From Eubacteriales bacterium (lineage in GTDB: Bacteria; Bacillota; Clostridia; Oscillospirales; SIG627), in assembly GCA_045536965.1 (NCBI GenBank), contig JAZSON010000029.1, forward strand, positions 72,052 through 136,051: 64,000 nt of DNA, in the 5' to 3' direction. This document shows positions 1 to 9,267 of the stretch, one piece after another. Position numbers and translations under genes: made by a program. The notes under the pieces are model-generated. The model saw nothing but the letters and a program-made list of their open reading frames with translations, had not been told where the DNA came from and ran no database searches. Position 1 is the stretch's first letter. Each line of letters starts with the position of its first letter.

Positions 1-1
1 C

Positions 2-2986
2 AATCAGTTTACAGGTTGTTTGGTTGACAGCTTGGAATCCCCGAACGTAGCGTGGTTAGATATTTGGGCGAATGTTATTTTCCTCTCTCGCGGATATCTT
101 TTGCTGGATGACGGCGGGGTGATTTATACCGATGTTATCCGCAACAGCATTCAGAATGTTTGGGATATACTCGATTCCAAGAGTGAATTTGATGAAAATG
201 ATGATTGGTCCGATTTTGTCGGAGTCGAAGTAAAAAATGAAACGGGTGTCACCGACATCACTTCCCGTGCATATTATCCCGATGCTTATAAATTTCTCTC
301 TGAACTTGAAACCTTGCGCAAGGCAGTCGGAAAAGACGTGAAAAATAAAACCCTTATTCGTTCCGAACTGGGCAGATTGCTTGCCGATTGCACAGACCTT
401 GGGCTTTACAGCGATTATTATCATCAGACCTTTGCAACCGCAGGGAATACTTACTTCGGTGCAAAGGAAGAAACCAACCCCATAGGCGGCGGTGTAGGTT
501 ATGTCAGTGGTATTTCGGGTGCGGCTACTTATACCGTAACGGATGACAACACATTGAAAGCCGCTCTTGACAAAGCAAAATCGGGCGATATCATTTTGGT
601 ATCGGGAGATATTACCATCGATCTTGCAGACTTTATTTTGGCGGGTGATCCCGAAGGATTTGATGGCAGCAAACCGGGTTATACCAAGATTGAATATCAA
701 TTTACCGTTCCCGCAGGCGTTACCCTGATGGGCGAGCGTGGTACAAACGGCAAAAAAGGCGCCGTTCTCAAAACCACCTCTTATGTGGAAAACATGTTTT
801 TCATGGAAGAGGGTTCTCGCATGAGCGGTCTTGTTTTGATGGGACCCGATCAGGCGACCGATGACTCGATCGGCGGAGAAAACCTCTCAGGCGCCATTAA
901 GGTAATCGGTGATAATGTTAAAATCGATAACTGTGAGATTGCAGGTTTTTATCGCTCGTTTGTAGTAGCTCGTGAGGTTGTCGGTTTGACCTTTGAAAAC
1001 AACTATTTCCATCACTGTCTGGGCAATACTACCGGTGTAGCCATTGATCTGTATAATACGGATGCAGTGATTTCAGGAAACTTATTTACCAATTTGCGCC
1101 GCATTGCAAGCATCGGCGGCAAGGAAAGCGATGTTGTTTTCTCGGGGAACGTAGAATCCTCAAACGATGAAACCACATTGATTCTCCTGCGTGTTTCAGG
1201 CGGTCTTGATCTTTCTTATCCGAGTATGCGTCAAAGCATTTCCACGTTGACGGTAGAACATAACGCCTTTTTCTCCAAGGCCAATCCGTTTTATTTCGGC
1301 GGTCTGGTGCAAAAAGTATTTACCCTGACAAATAACTGGTTTGTCTATCCCGAATCGGCGTATTCTGACAATCAGTTGTTACCCGGCGGCAGTGCGTTTG
1401 CCCTTGCTACCAAACGCGGTGTGGCACAAAACAACCTGTTCGGCGTTTCATCTCCCGTCGTTCTTTCCAAGGATCTTGCTTTTGATGAAGTTCCCGAAGA
1501 CGGTCGTTTCGGTTCATATTCTGCGGCGGTCGGCATTGCGGTAAGCCTGCCTGATGCCAAAGTCAATGCCAAAGCCAACCTGTCGTATTCTCAAAAATTG
1601 CAAGCGCCCGTTCTTTCTGCCTCTTATTATTCCGATAACGCAGATCTCCCTTACACCACGCTTGAAAATCTGATTGCAAGCTGTGAATCGGGAAGTGACG
1701 CCCAGATTATCCAAGGCATTGAGCAGATTATGCAGGGGATCGGATGCTATTCCAACTTCCTTTCTTGGAAAGATAACGGCAATATTTCCATGGAAGTGTA
1801 CGGTCAAACCTACGGTGCTTATGAATATAACGACGAACCCTTTGCGGGCGGTGTCGGATATTCGGAAATTTTCACCACGGGTGATTATATCGTTACAAAC
1901 GAAACTGAATTGAGAGCTGCATTGGAGGTTGCCAAGTCGGGAGAAGTTATATTCATTCCCGGATATGTTCAAATGGAACTTGGCGATGCCAATCAAGGCA
2001 TTTGCAAAACATTGAATATCCCGCAGGGTGTTACCCTCGCATCCAACCGCGGATATGTATATCCCGATGGTACGATTTCAACGGGTGCCCTTCTTACCAC
2101 CAGTGTATTTAGTTCTACTCCCATGATCACGGTTGCCATGCCCGACATCCGCATCACCGGTCTGACCATCCAGGGTCCTGACCCGGGACAGCACTTAGCA
2201 CACCATAAGCGTTCCTTCACGACTTACAGCGAAACCACCCACGGCCACGCTTATTACTACCAGCTGAGAACAGTAACAGGCGTGCAGGTTACCGCTGATA
2301 ATTTCCGCTTTGACAACTGCGAGATCTCAGCCTTTAACAATGTTGCCATCGCACTTCGTCCGAAGAATTCGGGTGTTGCCATCGTCAATGCGAAAATACA
2401 CAACAACTATATCCACCACAATCAGATCAACGGTCTTGGTTACGGTGTGTCGTTGACCAAAGCATACTGCGAGGTATATTCCAACTATTTCAACTATAAC
2501 CGTCACTCTATCGCGGGTTCGGGATATCCCGATAGCGGTTACAAAGCGTTTTGTAACGTTGAATTCGGCGCCAGCTTGTCTACATATTTTGATATGCACG
2601 GCGGTTATGACCGTAATAAAACTTATGTCGAAGAATTTGCGGGCGAATATGTTGAAATTTACCACAACACCTTCCTTGGTGACCGTGAGCCCTTCAATCT
2701 CCGTGGTTTCCCGACTTCACACCGTACGTTTGAGTATAACATCTGTTACCTACCGTTTGACTCTTATGGTAAGATCAAGTACACGGGTGTGGATGAAAAT
2801 GGTGAATCAATCATTTGGCTCAACGGAAACAGATTGACTCACTACTGGTACAGAGATGTGCTTGTTACCAACAACTATATCGGTAAAAATATTTGGAATG
2901 CCAAACAATCGCCTGTCATGATGGATCATGGTTACGGCGATAACTACAACTCCACGCCGGATGGATGGGGAAGTTTGGTTTCTTGA
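2..2986 (+). CDS. Parallel beta-helix (PbH1) repeat protein with two tandem beta-helix modules; N-terminus probably cut by the window edge
   Basis: The frame is open from nt 2, with no stop before the TTG at 20. There are two internally duplicated modules, each starting GGVGY...T(D/N)..L(K/R)AAL..AKSG(D/E).I and containing NNY(F/I)HH beta-helix turn motifs. The stop at 2984-2986 is followed by a hairpin terminator. Confidence 0.7.
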   Translation, partial: NQFTGCLVDSLESPNVAWLDIWANVIFLSRGYLLLDDGGVIYTDVIRNSIQNVWDILDSKSEFDENDDWSDFVGVEVKNETGVTDITSRAYYPDAYKFLSELETLRKAVGKDVKNKTLIRSELGRLLADCTDLGLYSDYYHQTFATAGNTYFGAKEETNPIGGGVGYVSGISGAATYTVTDDNTLKAALDKAKSGDIILVSGDITIDLADFILAGDPEGFDGSKPGYTKIEYQFTVPAGVTLMGERGTNGKKGAVLKTTSYVENMFFMEEGSRMSGLVLMGPDQATDDSIGGENLSGAIKVIGDNVKIDNCEIAGFYRSFVVAREVVGLTFENNYFHHCLGNTTGVAIDLYNTDAVISGNLFTNLRRIASIGGKESDVVFSGNVESSNDETTLILLRVSGGLDLSYPSMRQSISTLTVEHNAFFSKANPFYFGGLVQKVFTLTNNWFVYPESAYSDNQLLPGGSAFALATKRGVAQNNLFGVSSPVVLSKDLAFDEVPEDGRFGSYSAAVGIAVSLPDAKVNAKANLSYSQKLQAPVLSASYYSDNADLPYTTLENLIASCESGSDAQIIQGIEQIMQGIGCYSNFLSWKDNGNISMEVYGQTYGAYEYNDEPFAGGVGYSEIFTTGDYIVTNETELRAALEVAKSGEVIFIPGYVQMELGDANQGICKTLNIPQGVTLASNRGYVYPDGTISTGALLTTSVFSSTPMITVAMPDIRITGLTIQGPDPGQHLAHHKRSFTTYSETTHGHAYYYQLRTVTGVQVTADNFRFDNCEISAFNNVAIALRPKNSGVAIVNAKIHNNYIHHNQINGLGYGVSLTKAYCEVYSNYFNYNRHSIAGSGYPDSGYKAFCNVEFGASLSTYFDMHGGYDRNKTYVEEFAGEYVEIYHNTFLGDREPFNLRGFPTSHRTFEYNICYLPFDSYGKIKYTGVDENGESIIWLNGNRLTHYWYRDVLVTNNYIGKNIWNAKQSPVMMDHGYGDNYNSTPDGWGSLVS

Positions 2987-2995
2987 ACTGAATGT

Positions 2996-3031
2996 AAAAA
3001 CACTGCGGTCGAATTCGACCGCAGTGTTTTT
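2996..3031. terminator. Rho-independent terminator (bidirectional geometry)
   Basis: Perfect 11-bp arms cactgcggtcg/cgaccgcagtg (3001-3026), flanked by an A-run upstream and TTTTT downstream. Confidence 0.8.
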
Positions 3032-3034
3032 ATG

Positions 3035-3062
3035 AAAAAAAGAGCGGATTTCCGCTCTTTTT
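3035..3062 (-). terminator. Rho-independent terminator for the minus-strand pterin-binding gene
   Basis: Hairpin agagcg/cgctct (3041-3058). On the minus strand it is followed by a T-run (the plus-strand A-run at 3035-3040). Confidence 0.6.
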
Positions 3063-3069
3063 AGTGCTT

Positions 3070-3840
3070 TTAATTTTCAAATTCTCGTATACAGGTGATG
3101 TAATCCATGCAATACTCATCTTCGCCCGAAAGAAGTTTTATAGCGGCGCGCGTTTTTGTCATGGAAGGGGAAAGGGCATCTAAAATCGCCGAATCCAAAC
3201 CGAGGGATGCGCAAAGTGCAAAGAAAGCGGAGTTAACCGTTTGGCGAGAGGGGAGACCGAAAGCGATGTTAGACAGTCCGCAGGTGGTTTTGATACGGGG
3301 ATGATTTTGTTTTAAATATTTGAGTGTATCGATGGCGCGCTTGCCTGCGGTGTCGTCGGTTGCAACCGATTCGATGTACAAATCCATGTAGATACGCTCG
3401 GGCGAGAGACCTGCGTCGGTCAGCTTTCGGATAAACTTATCCATATCTTCATGGGATTCCACACCGATCGGCATGGCTACGAGTGAAGCGGTGGGGAAAT
3501 CGTTTACCAGTGCAGGGACGATGGTATCAAAACGATCGGTCGGTGTCACCGAATTGACGATGACAGGGCGATCCCCGCAAAGCGGCAGGGTTTCGAGAAT
3601 GACGTTGGGATCGGGAGAATCGAGCATAATACCGCAGGATGTGTGTTGGAGTACAAGCGAGACAAGTGTCTGCATCATACCCGCTTCATCCGAACAGAGG
3701 GCGGTGTTGATGTCCAAATAATCGGCCCCTGCTTCTGCTTGTTTTTGAATAAGGGCGGTAAGCGCAGCAATGTCCGAAGAGTCCATTAAGGGCTTGACCG
3801 ATGGGATTGAGGAGTTGAGTTTTTCTCCGATGATCAGCAT
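3070..3840 (-). CDS. Pterin-binding domain protein (methyltetrahydrofolate:corrinoid methyltransferase / DHPS-like family)
   Basis: N-terminal IIGEKLNSS motif, typical of pterin-binding MeTr/MetH-type domains, with a TIM-barrel-like length. I chose the ATG at 3840 because GGAGG lies 8 nt upstream; the ORF-track start at 3885 has no SD. Confidence 0.6.
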   Translation of the reverse strand: MLIIGEKLNSSIPSVKPLMDSSDIAALTALIQKQAEAGADYLDINTALCSDEAGMMQTLVSLVLQHTSCGIMLDSPDPNVILETLPLCGDRPVIVNSVTPTDRFDTIVPALVNDFPTASLVAMPIGVESHEDMDKFIRKLTDAGLSPERIYMDLYIESVATDDTAGKRAIDTLKYLKQNHPRIKTTCGLSNIAFGLPSRQTVNSAFFALCASLGLDSAILDALSPSMTKTRAAIKLLSGEDEYCMDYITCIREFEN

Positions 3841-3923
3841 GAGAAGTACCTCCGAATGATTGGATAATCCGAATATTTTTTTCATAAAAAGCCATACTTT
3901 ATCTCAAAAGGAGGCGGAAAAGT

Positions 3924-4004
3924 ATGGGTTTTCTTTTTGGTATGATGGCGGGCGGTTTGATAGCGTTTTTTTGGTTTGCTTTGTGCTGCGCCGCTAAATT
4001 ATGA
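3924..4004 (+). CDS. Candidate 26-aa hydrophobic micro-protein (MGFLFGMMAGGLIAFFWFALCCAAKL)
   Basis: AAGGAGG at 3908-3914 lies 9 nt upstream of the ATG. The peptide is a single predicted TM helix. It is not in the ORF track because it is too short. There is no comparative support. Confidence 0.25.
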   Translation: MGFLFGMMAGGLIAFFWFALCCAAKL

Positions 4005-4076
4005 GTAAGTATATCCCAATCTTTGTTATCTGTCAAGTGTACTCGCTTTTTGTTATGCGTTTTTTCGGCAATTCGC

Positions 4077-4104
4077 TTGACAAAAGTGTATAAGGGACTA
4101 TAAT
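4077..4104 (+). promoter_or_regulatory. Sigma-70/SigA-type promoter for the mrp-like gene
   Basis: TTGACA (4077-4082), 16-nt spacer, TATAAT (4099-4104). Confidence 0.6.
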
Positions 4105-4136
4105 ATTATAGAATGCAAAGAAAGGGAGTATGTATA

Positions 4137-4964
4137 ATGAGTCAAGAATGCAATCATGATTGCTCGAATTGCAAAAGCAACTGCGGCGGTAAGCCCGAAA
4201 GTTTAATAGAAAAATGTCATCCGATGGCCAAAGTAAAGAATGTCATCGGTGTAGTCAGCGGCAAGGGCGGTGTAGGTAAATCGGCTGTCACCTCCATGTT
4301 GGCGGTATTGTCCCGCAGAAAAGGATATGAAACGGCTGTTTTGGATGCTGATATCACAGGTCCCTCCATCCCTCGTATGTTCGGAATTACGGGGCATGCC
4401 CATGGCGATGAACAGGGAATCTATCCCGTTTTGACCAAAACGGGTATTCAAACCATGTCGGTCAACCTTCTTTTGGAAAATGAAACCGATCCCGTTGTTT
4501 GGCGCGGTCCCGTGATTGCAGGTACCGTCAAACAGTTCTGGACGGACGTTATTTGGAAAGATGTTGACTATATGTATGTCGATATGCCTCCGGGAACGGG
4601 TGATGTGCCCCTGACCGTTTTCCAGTCCATCCCGTTGACAGGTATCGTTGTGGTTGCATCTCCGCAAGAGCTTGTTTCCATGATTGTGGAAAAAGCAGTG
4701 AAAATGGCCGATATGATGAAGGTTCCCGTTTTGGGTATCGTGGAAAATATGTCCTATTTTGAATGTCCCGATTGCGGCGCAAAGCACAGAGTTTTCGGAG
4801 AAAATCATGTAGACGAAATTGCCGCGCGTTACGGCATTCGATCGGTTGCCTGTCTTCCCATTTCCCAAAATATTGCCCGCGCAGGGGACAAGGGCAGAAT
4901 TGAGGAATTTGAAGGTGGCTGGCTTGATGGATTGAGCGATTATTTGGAGACAGTGGCAAAATAA
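4137..4964 (+). CDS. Mrp/NBP35 family ATP-binding Fe-S cluster carrier protein
   Basis: Deviant Walker A motif GKGGVGKS and an N-terminal Cys-rich segment CNHDCSNCKSNC. The start at 4137 has GGGAG 8 nt upstream. The ATG at 4113 would sit almost on the predicted transcription start. Confidence 0.85.
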   Translation: MSQECNHDCSNCKSNCGGKPESLIEKCHPMAKVKNVIGVVSGKGGVGKSAVTSMLAVLSRRKGYETAVLDADITGPSIPRMFGITGHAHGDEQGIYPVLTKTGIQTMSVNLLLENETDPVVWRGPVIAGTVKQFWTDVIWKDVDYMYVDMPPGTGDVPLTVFQSIPLTGIVVVASPQELVSMIVEKAVKMADMMKVPVLGIVENMSYFECPDCGAKHRVFGENHVDEIAARYGIRSVACLPISQNIARAGDKGRIEEFEGGWLDGLSDYLETVAK

Positions 4965-4992
4965 TCGGTCAAAACGAAAAAACAAAAAACAC

Positions 4993-5021
4993 TTGACTTT
5001 TTTTGTCGGGTATGGTATTGT
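4993..5021 (+). promoter_or_regulatory. Promoter driving the T-box leader
   Basis: TTGACT (4993-4998), 17-nt spacer ending TGg, TATTGT (5016-5021). Confidence 0.5.
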
Positions 5022-5029
5022 ACTCGTGT

Positions 5030-5293
5030 AAAAGCTGTGACCGAAAACAAGTAGACGGCGGTTGTTTTTTCAGAGAGTCGGCGGTGGGTGTGAGCCGATG
5101 GAACGCCTCCTTCGAATACAGTTCGTGAGCTTCGTCCCGAAGCCGTTTTGGCGGTGTGTAGGCGGCGACGGTTTTACCCCGTTACGGTGAAGGGCATGTT
5201 TTGTGCCCGTTGAGGTCGTCTTTGTGAGAAGGCGGCGAAGTTCGAGGTGGTACCGCGGATAAATCCGCCCTCATGATTTTCATGAGGGCTTTT
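5030..5293 (+). promoter_or_regulatory. T-box riboswitch leader (probable Tyr specifier UAC)
   Basis: Stem I elements are present: AGUA (5050-5053), AG bulge AGAGAG (5072-5077) and a distal-loop GGUGUGA-like sequence. GAA-UAC-A lies at 5114-5120, with UAC at 5117-5119. The canonical T-box sequence GAGGUGGUACCGCGG is at 5244-5258. A terminator hairpin gccctcatg/catgagggc (5267-5289) is followed by TTTT. Confidence 0.8.
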
Positions 5294-5316
5294 TCATTTT
5301 GAAAGGATGTATAGAC

Positions 5317-6951
5317 ATGATAATTACCGAGTTACTGGAACGGAATGCCAAACTCTATCCTGATGATGTGAGTTTGGTCGAAGTCAATCCCGCCGTCCGT
5401 CCCGATCCGTCCCTTACATGGCATGAATTCAGTTTGATCGAAACGGCCGCGGGTGAAAAGTACAGACGGGAAATTAGCTGGAAGGATTTTGATGTCAAGG
5501 CCAACCGCTTTGCCAATTTACTGCTTACCCGCGGTGTCAAAAAAGGGGATAAGGTTGCCATACTTCTTATGAACTGTTTGGAATGGCTTCCCATTTATTT
5601 CGGTGTTTTGAAAGCGGGTGCTTTGGCCGTTCCCATGAATTACCGTTATACGGGTGAAGAAATTCGGTATTGTTTGGATCTGGCCGATGCCGATGTGTTG
5701 GTTTTCGGTCCTGAATTTGTCGAACGAATTGATTCGGTCCGTGATTCTTTGCACCGAGTCAAGGATTATTTTTATGTCGGCGCCGACTGTCCCGCTTATG
5801 CAGGGGAGTACACTCGTCTGGTCAACTATTGTTCTTCCATTGCTCCCGCCGTCCATCTCGATGAAGAAGATGATGCTGCGATCTATTTTTCTTCGGGTAC
5901 AACAGGTTTTCCGAAAGCTATTTTACATACCCATCGCGCTTTATACAGCTCCTGCTGCACCGAACAAAATCATCACGGTCAGACCCGTGACGACGTTTTC
6001 CTTTGTATTCCGCCTCTTTACCATACAGGCGCTAAAATGCATTGGTTCGGTTCTCTTTTGGCAGGAAGCCGTGCTGTTTTGCTGCGCGGCATTAAACCCG
6101 AATGGGTGCTTGAAACCGCATCGCAGGAACAGGCGACCATCGTGTGGCTTTTGGTGCCGTGGGTGCAGGATATTTTGGATGCCATCGACCGCGGTGATTT
6201 GAAACTTTCCGACTACTGCTTGGACGCTTGGCGATTGATGCACATTGGCGCCCAACCCGTTCCGCCCAGTTTGATTCGTCGCTGGCTGAAGGTGTTCCCC
6301 AAACATCAGTATGATACCAACTACGGTTTGAGTGAATCCATCGGGCCGGGATGCGTGCATCTTGGTGTGGAAAACATTGATAAAGTGGGTGCCATCGGAA
6401 AGGCAGGGTATCTTTGGGAAACCAAAATCGTGGATGAAAATGGCAATTCCGTGGTCGGTGAAGATGTCGGTGAATTGGCTGTCAAAGGCCCCGGTGTCAT
6501 GAAATGTTATTATAAAAATCCCGTCGCTACCGCTGAAATATTAAAAGATGGTTGGCTTTATACGGGAGATATGGCCAAATGCGATAAAGATGGTTTTATT
6601 TATTTGGTTGATCGCAAAAAAGATGTTATTATATCGGGCGGTGAGAACCTTTACCCCGTACAGATTGAGGATCATTTGCGTGCCCATCCTGCCGTAAAGG
6701 ATGTTGCTGTCATCGGATTGCCGGATGAACGCTTGGGTGAGATTGCTGCGGCCGTGATCGAAATAAAAGAAGATGCCGTTTGCACACAAAGTGATATCGA
6801 TGCTTTTTGTATGGAGCTTCCCCGTTATAAACGTCCCCGCAAGATAATCTTTGCAGATGTTCCCCGCAATCCGACGGGAAAGATTGAAAAACCGAAACTG
6901 CGTGAAAAATACTGCGGCGGCAGATTGGTAGAGGCGCAAACCACAAAATAA
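5317..6951 (+). CDS. Adenylate-forming enzyme (AMP-dependent acyl-CoA synthetase/ligase family)
   Basis: AMP-binding motif SSGTTGFPKA, plus later YTGD and GKIEKPKLRE motifs. The start at 5317 has GAAAGGA upstream. Confidence 0.85.
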   Translation: MIITELLERNAKLYPDDVSLVEVNPAVRPDPSLTWHEFSLIETAAGEKYRREISWKDFDVKANRFANLLLTRGVKKGDKVAILLMNCLEWLPIYFGVLKAGALAVPMNYRYTGEEIRYCLDLADADVLVFGPEFVERIDSVRDSLHRVKDYFYVGADCPAYAGEYTRLVNYCSSIAPAVHLDEEDDAAIYFSSGTTGFPKAILHTHRALYSSCCTEQNHHGQTRDDVFLCIPPLYHTGAKMHWFGSLLAGSRAVLLRGIKPEWVLETASQEQATIVWLLVPWVQDILDAIDRGDLKLSDYCLDAWRLMHIGAQPVPPSLIRRWLKVFPKHQYDTNYGLSESIGPGCVHLGVENIDKVGAIGKAGYLWETKIVDENGNSVVGEDVGELAVKGPGVMKCYYKNPVATAEILKDGWLYTGDMAKCDKDGFIYLVDRKKDVIISGGENLYPVQIEDHLRAHPAVKDVAVIGLPDERLGEIAAAVIEIKEDAVCTQSDIDAFCMELPRYKRPRKIIFADVPRNPTGKIEKPKLREKYCGGRLVEAQTTK

Positions 6952-6952
6952 C

Positions 6953-6981
6953 TTGACACAGTAGCCTTGATGTATTATAAT
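6953..6981 (+). promoter_or_regulatory. Consensus SigA-type promoter for the lipoprotein gene
   Basis: TTGACA (6953-6958), 17-nt spacer, TATAAT (6976-6981). Confidence 0.65.
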
Positions 6982-7018
6982 TTTCACATAGTTTTTCACT
7001 CGTCTTTAGGAGGATATT

Positions 7019-8575
7019 ATGAGCAAATATATGCGTATGGTTAGTTTCTTTCTTGCGCTTGTTTTGACTCTATCTTGCTCTTTGGTCGGTTGCGGCGACA
7101 GTGGAGATGGCGGAAAAGAGGATGGAAAGGGTGATAAAAACGATGGTGTGATATCACCTGATGATTATACCAAGAATCCCGGACATACCATGAGCGGTAT
7201 GTTTGGTTACGAACTCAAACCCGTGCAGGGACTTGATCTTGATGGATTTAATTTCAATGTGCTTGTTCCCGCCGATAGCGGTTGGGTGGTATCTCGTGAT
7301 TTTGCCACCGAGTATTCCGAGGCAGGCTCCGATGTTATTCAGGATGCCGCTTTTGCCCGTGTGGAAAAGTTAAAAGAGCTCTACAATGTAAACGTAAAGT
7401 CGATTACAACGAGTAGCAAAGTCGTTACCGATGCCGACATTGACATCGGCGGGCAGCTTGGAACATATTCTTTGATTCTTTGCGGCGTCACCGAGATCGG
7501 CAGTCTTTCCCTGAAAAACCGCTTGGCCGATTTGACAGAGTTTGCCGATGAAGAGATTACATTGGATGCCCCTTGGTACAATCAAAACTTCGTGGACAAC
7601 ATGACCATTGGCGGAAGACTCTTCTATGTTATCGGCGATTTTTCCATCATCGATAACGAGGGTATTTCGGTTTTGCAGTACAATCTCGATCTTTTCGATG
7701 AATACAAGCTTCCCAACCCTTATACCATGGTGTATGACGGAACTTGGACAATGGATGCCCTTCATGAACTCTGCAAAGGCCGTGTTTCCGACTTCACTGG
7801 TGACGGTATTGTCGATCAATACGATAGCTTTGGTTTCATGACAGCCTCCTCCAACATTGTCTTTTTCATGACATCGGGCGCTGTAAAGTTTGCCGATAAG
7901 GACGAAGATGATTTGCCCTATCTTTCGTTAAACAATAGCCACAGCATTGAAGTGCTTGATAAGGTTTTGCTTCTTTATGGCGACAAAACCTCGACGGTTT
8001 ATTACGACGAGTTTAACAAAGATTTGAACTCAAGCAATGAACAACATGAATATGCCAACAAGGTGTTTATGGAAAACCGTGCGCTTGTGCGTGAATGTTC
8101 CATGTATCGTGTCACCCAGACTCGTTCTATGGTGAGCGATTTCGGTATTCTTCCCATTCCGAAAGCCGATGTGGATCAGGATCAGTATTACCACATGTAT
8201 TCCTTCTCTTCTCCCGCTGTGGCAATTCCTGCTTATTTGAAAAAGGAACTGTCTCATGCGGAGGCTGCGGCCGTTTTGGAAGCCCTTTCTTATTACGGAA
8301 GATCGCTTCTCCTTTACTCTTACTACGAAACGGTGCTGAAAGGCCGTGTTGCCCGTGATGAAGATTCCCGCGCCATGCTTGATATCATTTTCGACTCTTC
8401 TTATTTTGATATCGGTATTTGTAACAACTTCGGCGGTATCGCCTATGTGTTCAACAACAGCAGCAAATATCGTGTCAACACATTTGCATCCGATTTTGAT
8501 GCCATCAAACAAAAAGCCGAATCGGATATTGAAGAGTATGTTGAATCCTGGTCTGAATTTCTTTTGAACACTTAA
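7019..8575 (+). CDS. Lipoprotein, large extracellular solute-binding-protein-like
   Basis: Signal peptide with lipobox LVGC, followed by a Gly/Asp/Lys-rich linker. AGGAGG SD. Size and composition resemble about 500-aa sugar-binding lipoproteins. No permease genes are adjacent. Confidence 0.5.
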   Translation: MSKYMRMVSFFLALVLTLSCSLVGCGDSGDGGKEDGKGDKNDGVISPDDYTKNPGHTMSGMFGYELKPVQGLDLDGFNFNVLVPADSGWVVSRDFATEYSEAGSDVIQDAAFARVEKLKELYNVNVKSITTSSKVVTDADIDIGGQLGTYSLILCGVTEIGSLSLKNRLADLTEFADEEITLDAPWYNQNFVDNMTIGGRLFYVIGDFSIIDNEGISVLQYNLDLFDEYKLPNPYTMVYDGTWTMDALHELCKGRVSDFTGDGIVDQYDSFGFMTASSNIVFFMTSGAVKFADKDEDDLPYLSLNNSHSIEVLDKVLLLYGDKTSTVYYDEFNKDLNSSNEQHEYANKVFMENRALVRECSMYRVTQTRSMVSDFGILPIPKADVDQDQYYHMYSFSSPAVAIPAYLKKELSHAEAAAVLEALSYYGRSLLLYSYYETVLKGRVARDEDSRAMLDIIFDSSYFDIGICNNFGGIAYVFNNSSKYRVNTFASDFDAIKQKAESDIEEYVESWSEFLLNT

Positions 8576-8585
8576 TAAGTCATAA

Positions 8586-8620
8586 AAACGGCGGCACCGA
8601 TTGTGTCGCCGTTTAATTTT
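8586..8620 (+). terminator. Rho-independent terminator
   Basis: 12-bp stem with one G-U pair (8586-8597 / 8603-8614), followed by a T-rich tail. Confidence 0.65.
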
Positions 8621-8640
8621 AAAAAGATATGAATAAAAAC

Positions 8641-8669
8641 TTGCAAAATAATGAAAATATTGCTATACT
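8641..8669 (+). promoter_or_regulatory. Promoter for lemA-DUF2207 operon
   Basis: TTGCAA (8641-8646), 17-nt spacer, TATACT (8664-8669). Confidence 0.55.
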
Positions 8670-8707
8670 GTGGACATAAACTGTAAAAAATGAAAGGTGG
8701 AGCATGT

Positions 8708-9265
8708 ATGAATTGGATCGTCATTGCCGTCATTGCGCTGGTTGCCCTTTTGGTCATTTGGTTTATTTCGTCGTATAATGGATTTGTCAAAAGAAAAAAT
8801 GGTGTAGAAGAAGCTTTTTCGACCATGGATGTCTATATGAAAAAACGCTTCGATATGATTCCCAATCTGGTTGAAACGGTCAAAGGATACGCCAAACATG
8901 AGAGCGAAACACTGGAAAAAGTCATTGCCGCCCGCAATCAAATTGCAAACGGTACCTCAACCGCGGATAGACTGAAAGGGGAGAATGCTTTAAGCGGCAC
9001 CTTGAAATCTCTCTTTGCTTTGGCTGAAAGTTATCCCGATTTGAAGGCCAACAGCAACTTTACCGCTTTGCAGAATCAACTGACCTCCATCGAGGGAGAA
9101 ATCGCCATGTCCCGCAAGTATTATAATGCTTGTGTCAAGGAGTTTAATACCAAGACACAAACCTTCCCCAGCGTCATCATTGCCAATATGTTTGGATTCC
9201 AACGCTTCACTATGTTTGAAGTGGATGCTCCCGAAGAACGTAAAAATGTGAAAGTGCAGTTCTGA
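8708..9265 (+). CDS. lemA: LemA family protein
   Basis: N-terminal TM helix, then the SYNGFV...V..AFS..DV..KRR.D.IPNLV pattern typical of LemA. GGTGGAG SD before the ATG at 8708. Confidence 0.85.
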   Translation: MNWIVIAVIALVALLVIWFISSYNGFVKRKNGVEEAFSTMDVYMKKRFDMIPNLVETVKGYAKHESETLEKVIAARNQIANGTSTADRLKGENALSGTLKSLFALAESYPDLKANSNFTALQNQLTSIEGEIAMSRKYYNACVKEFNTKTQTFPSVIIANMFGFQRFTMFEVDAPEERKNVKVQF

Positions 9266-9267
9266 TT

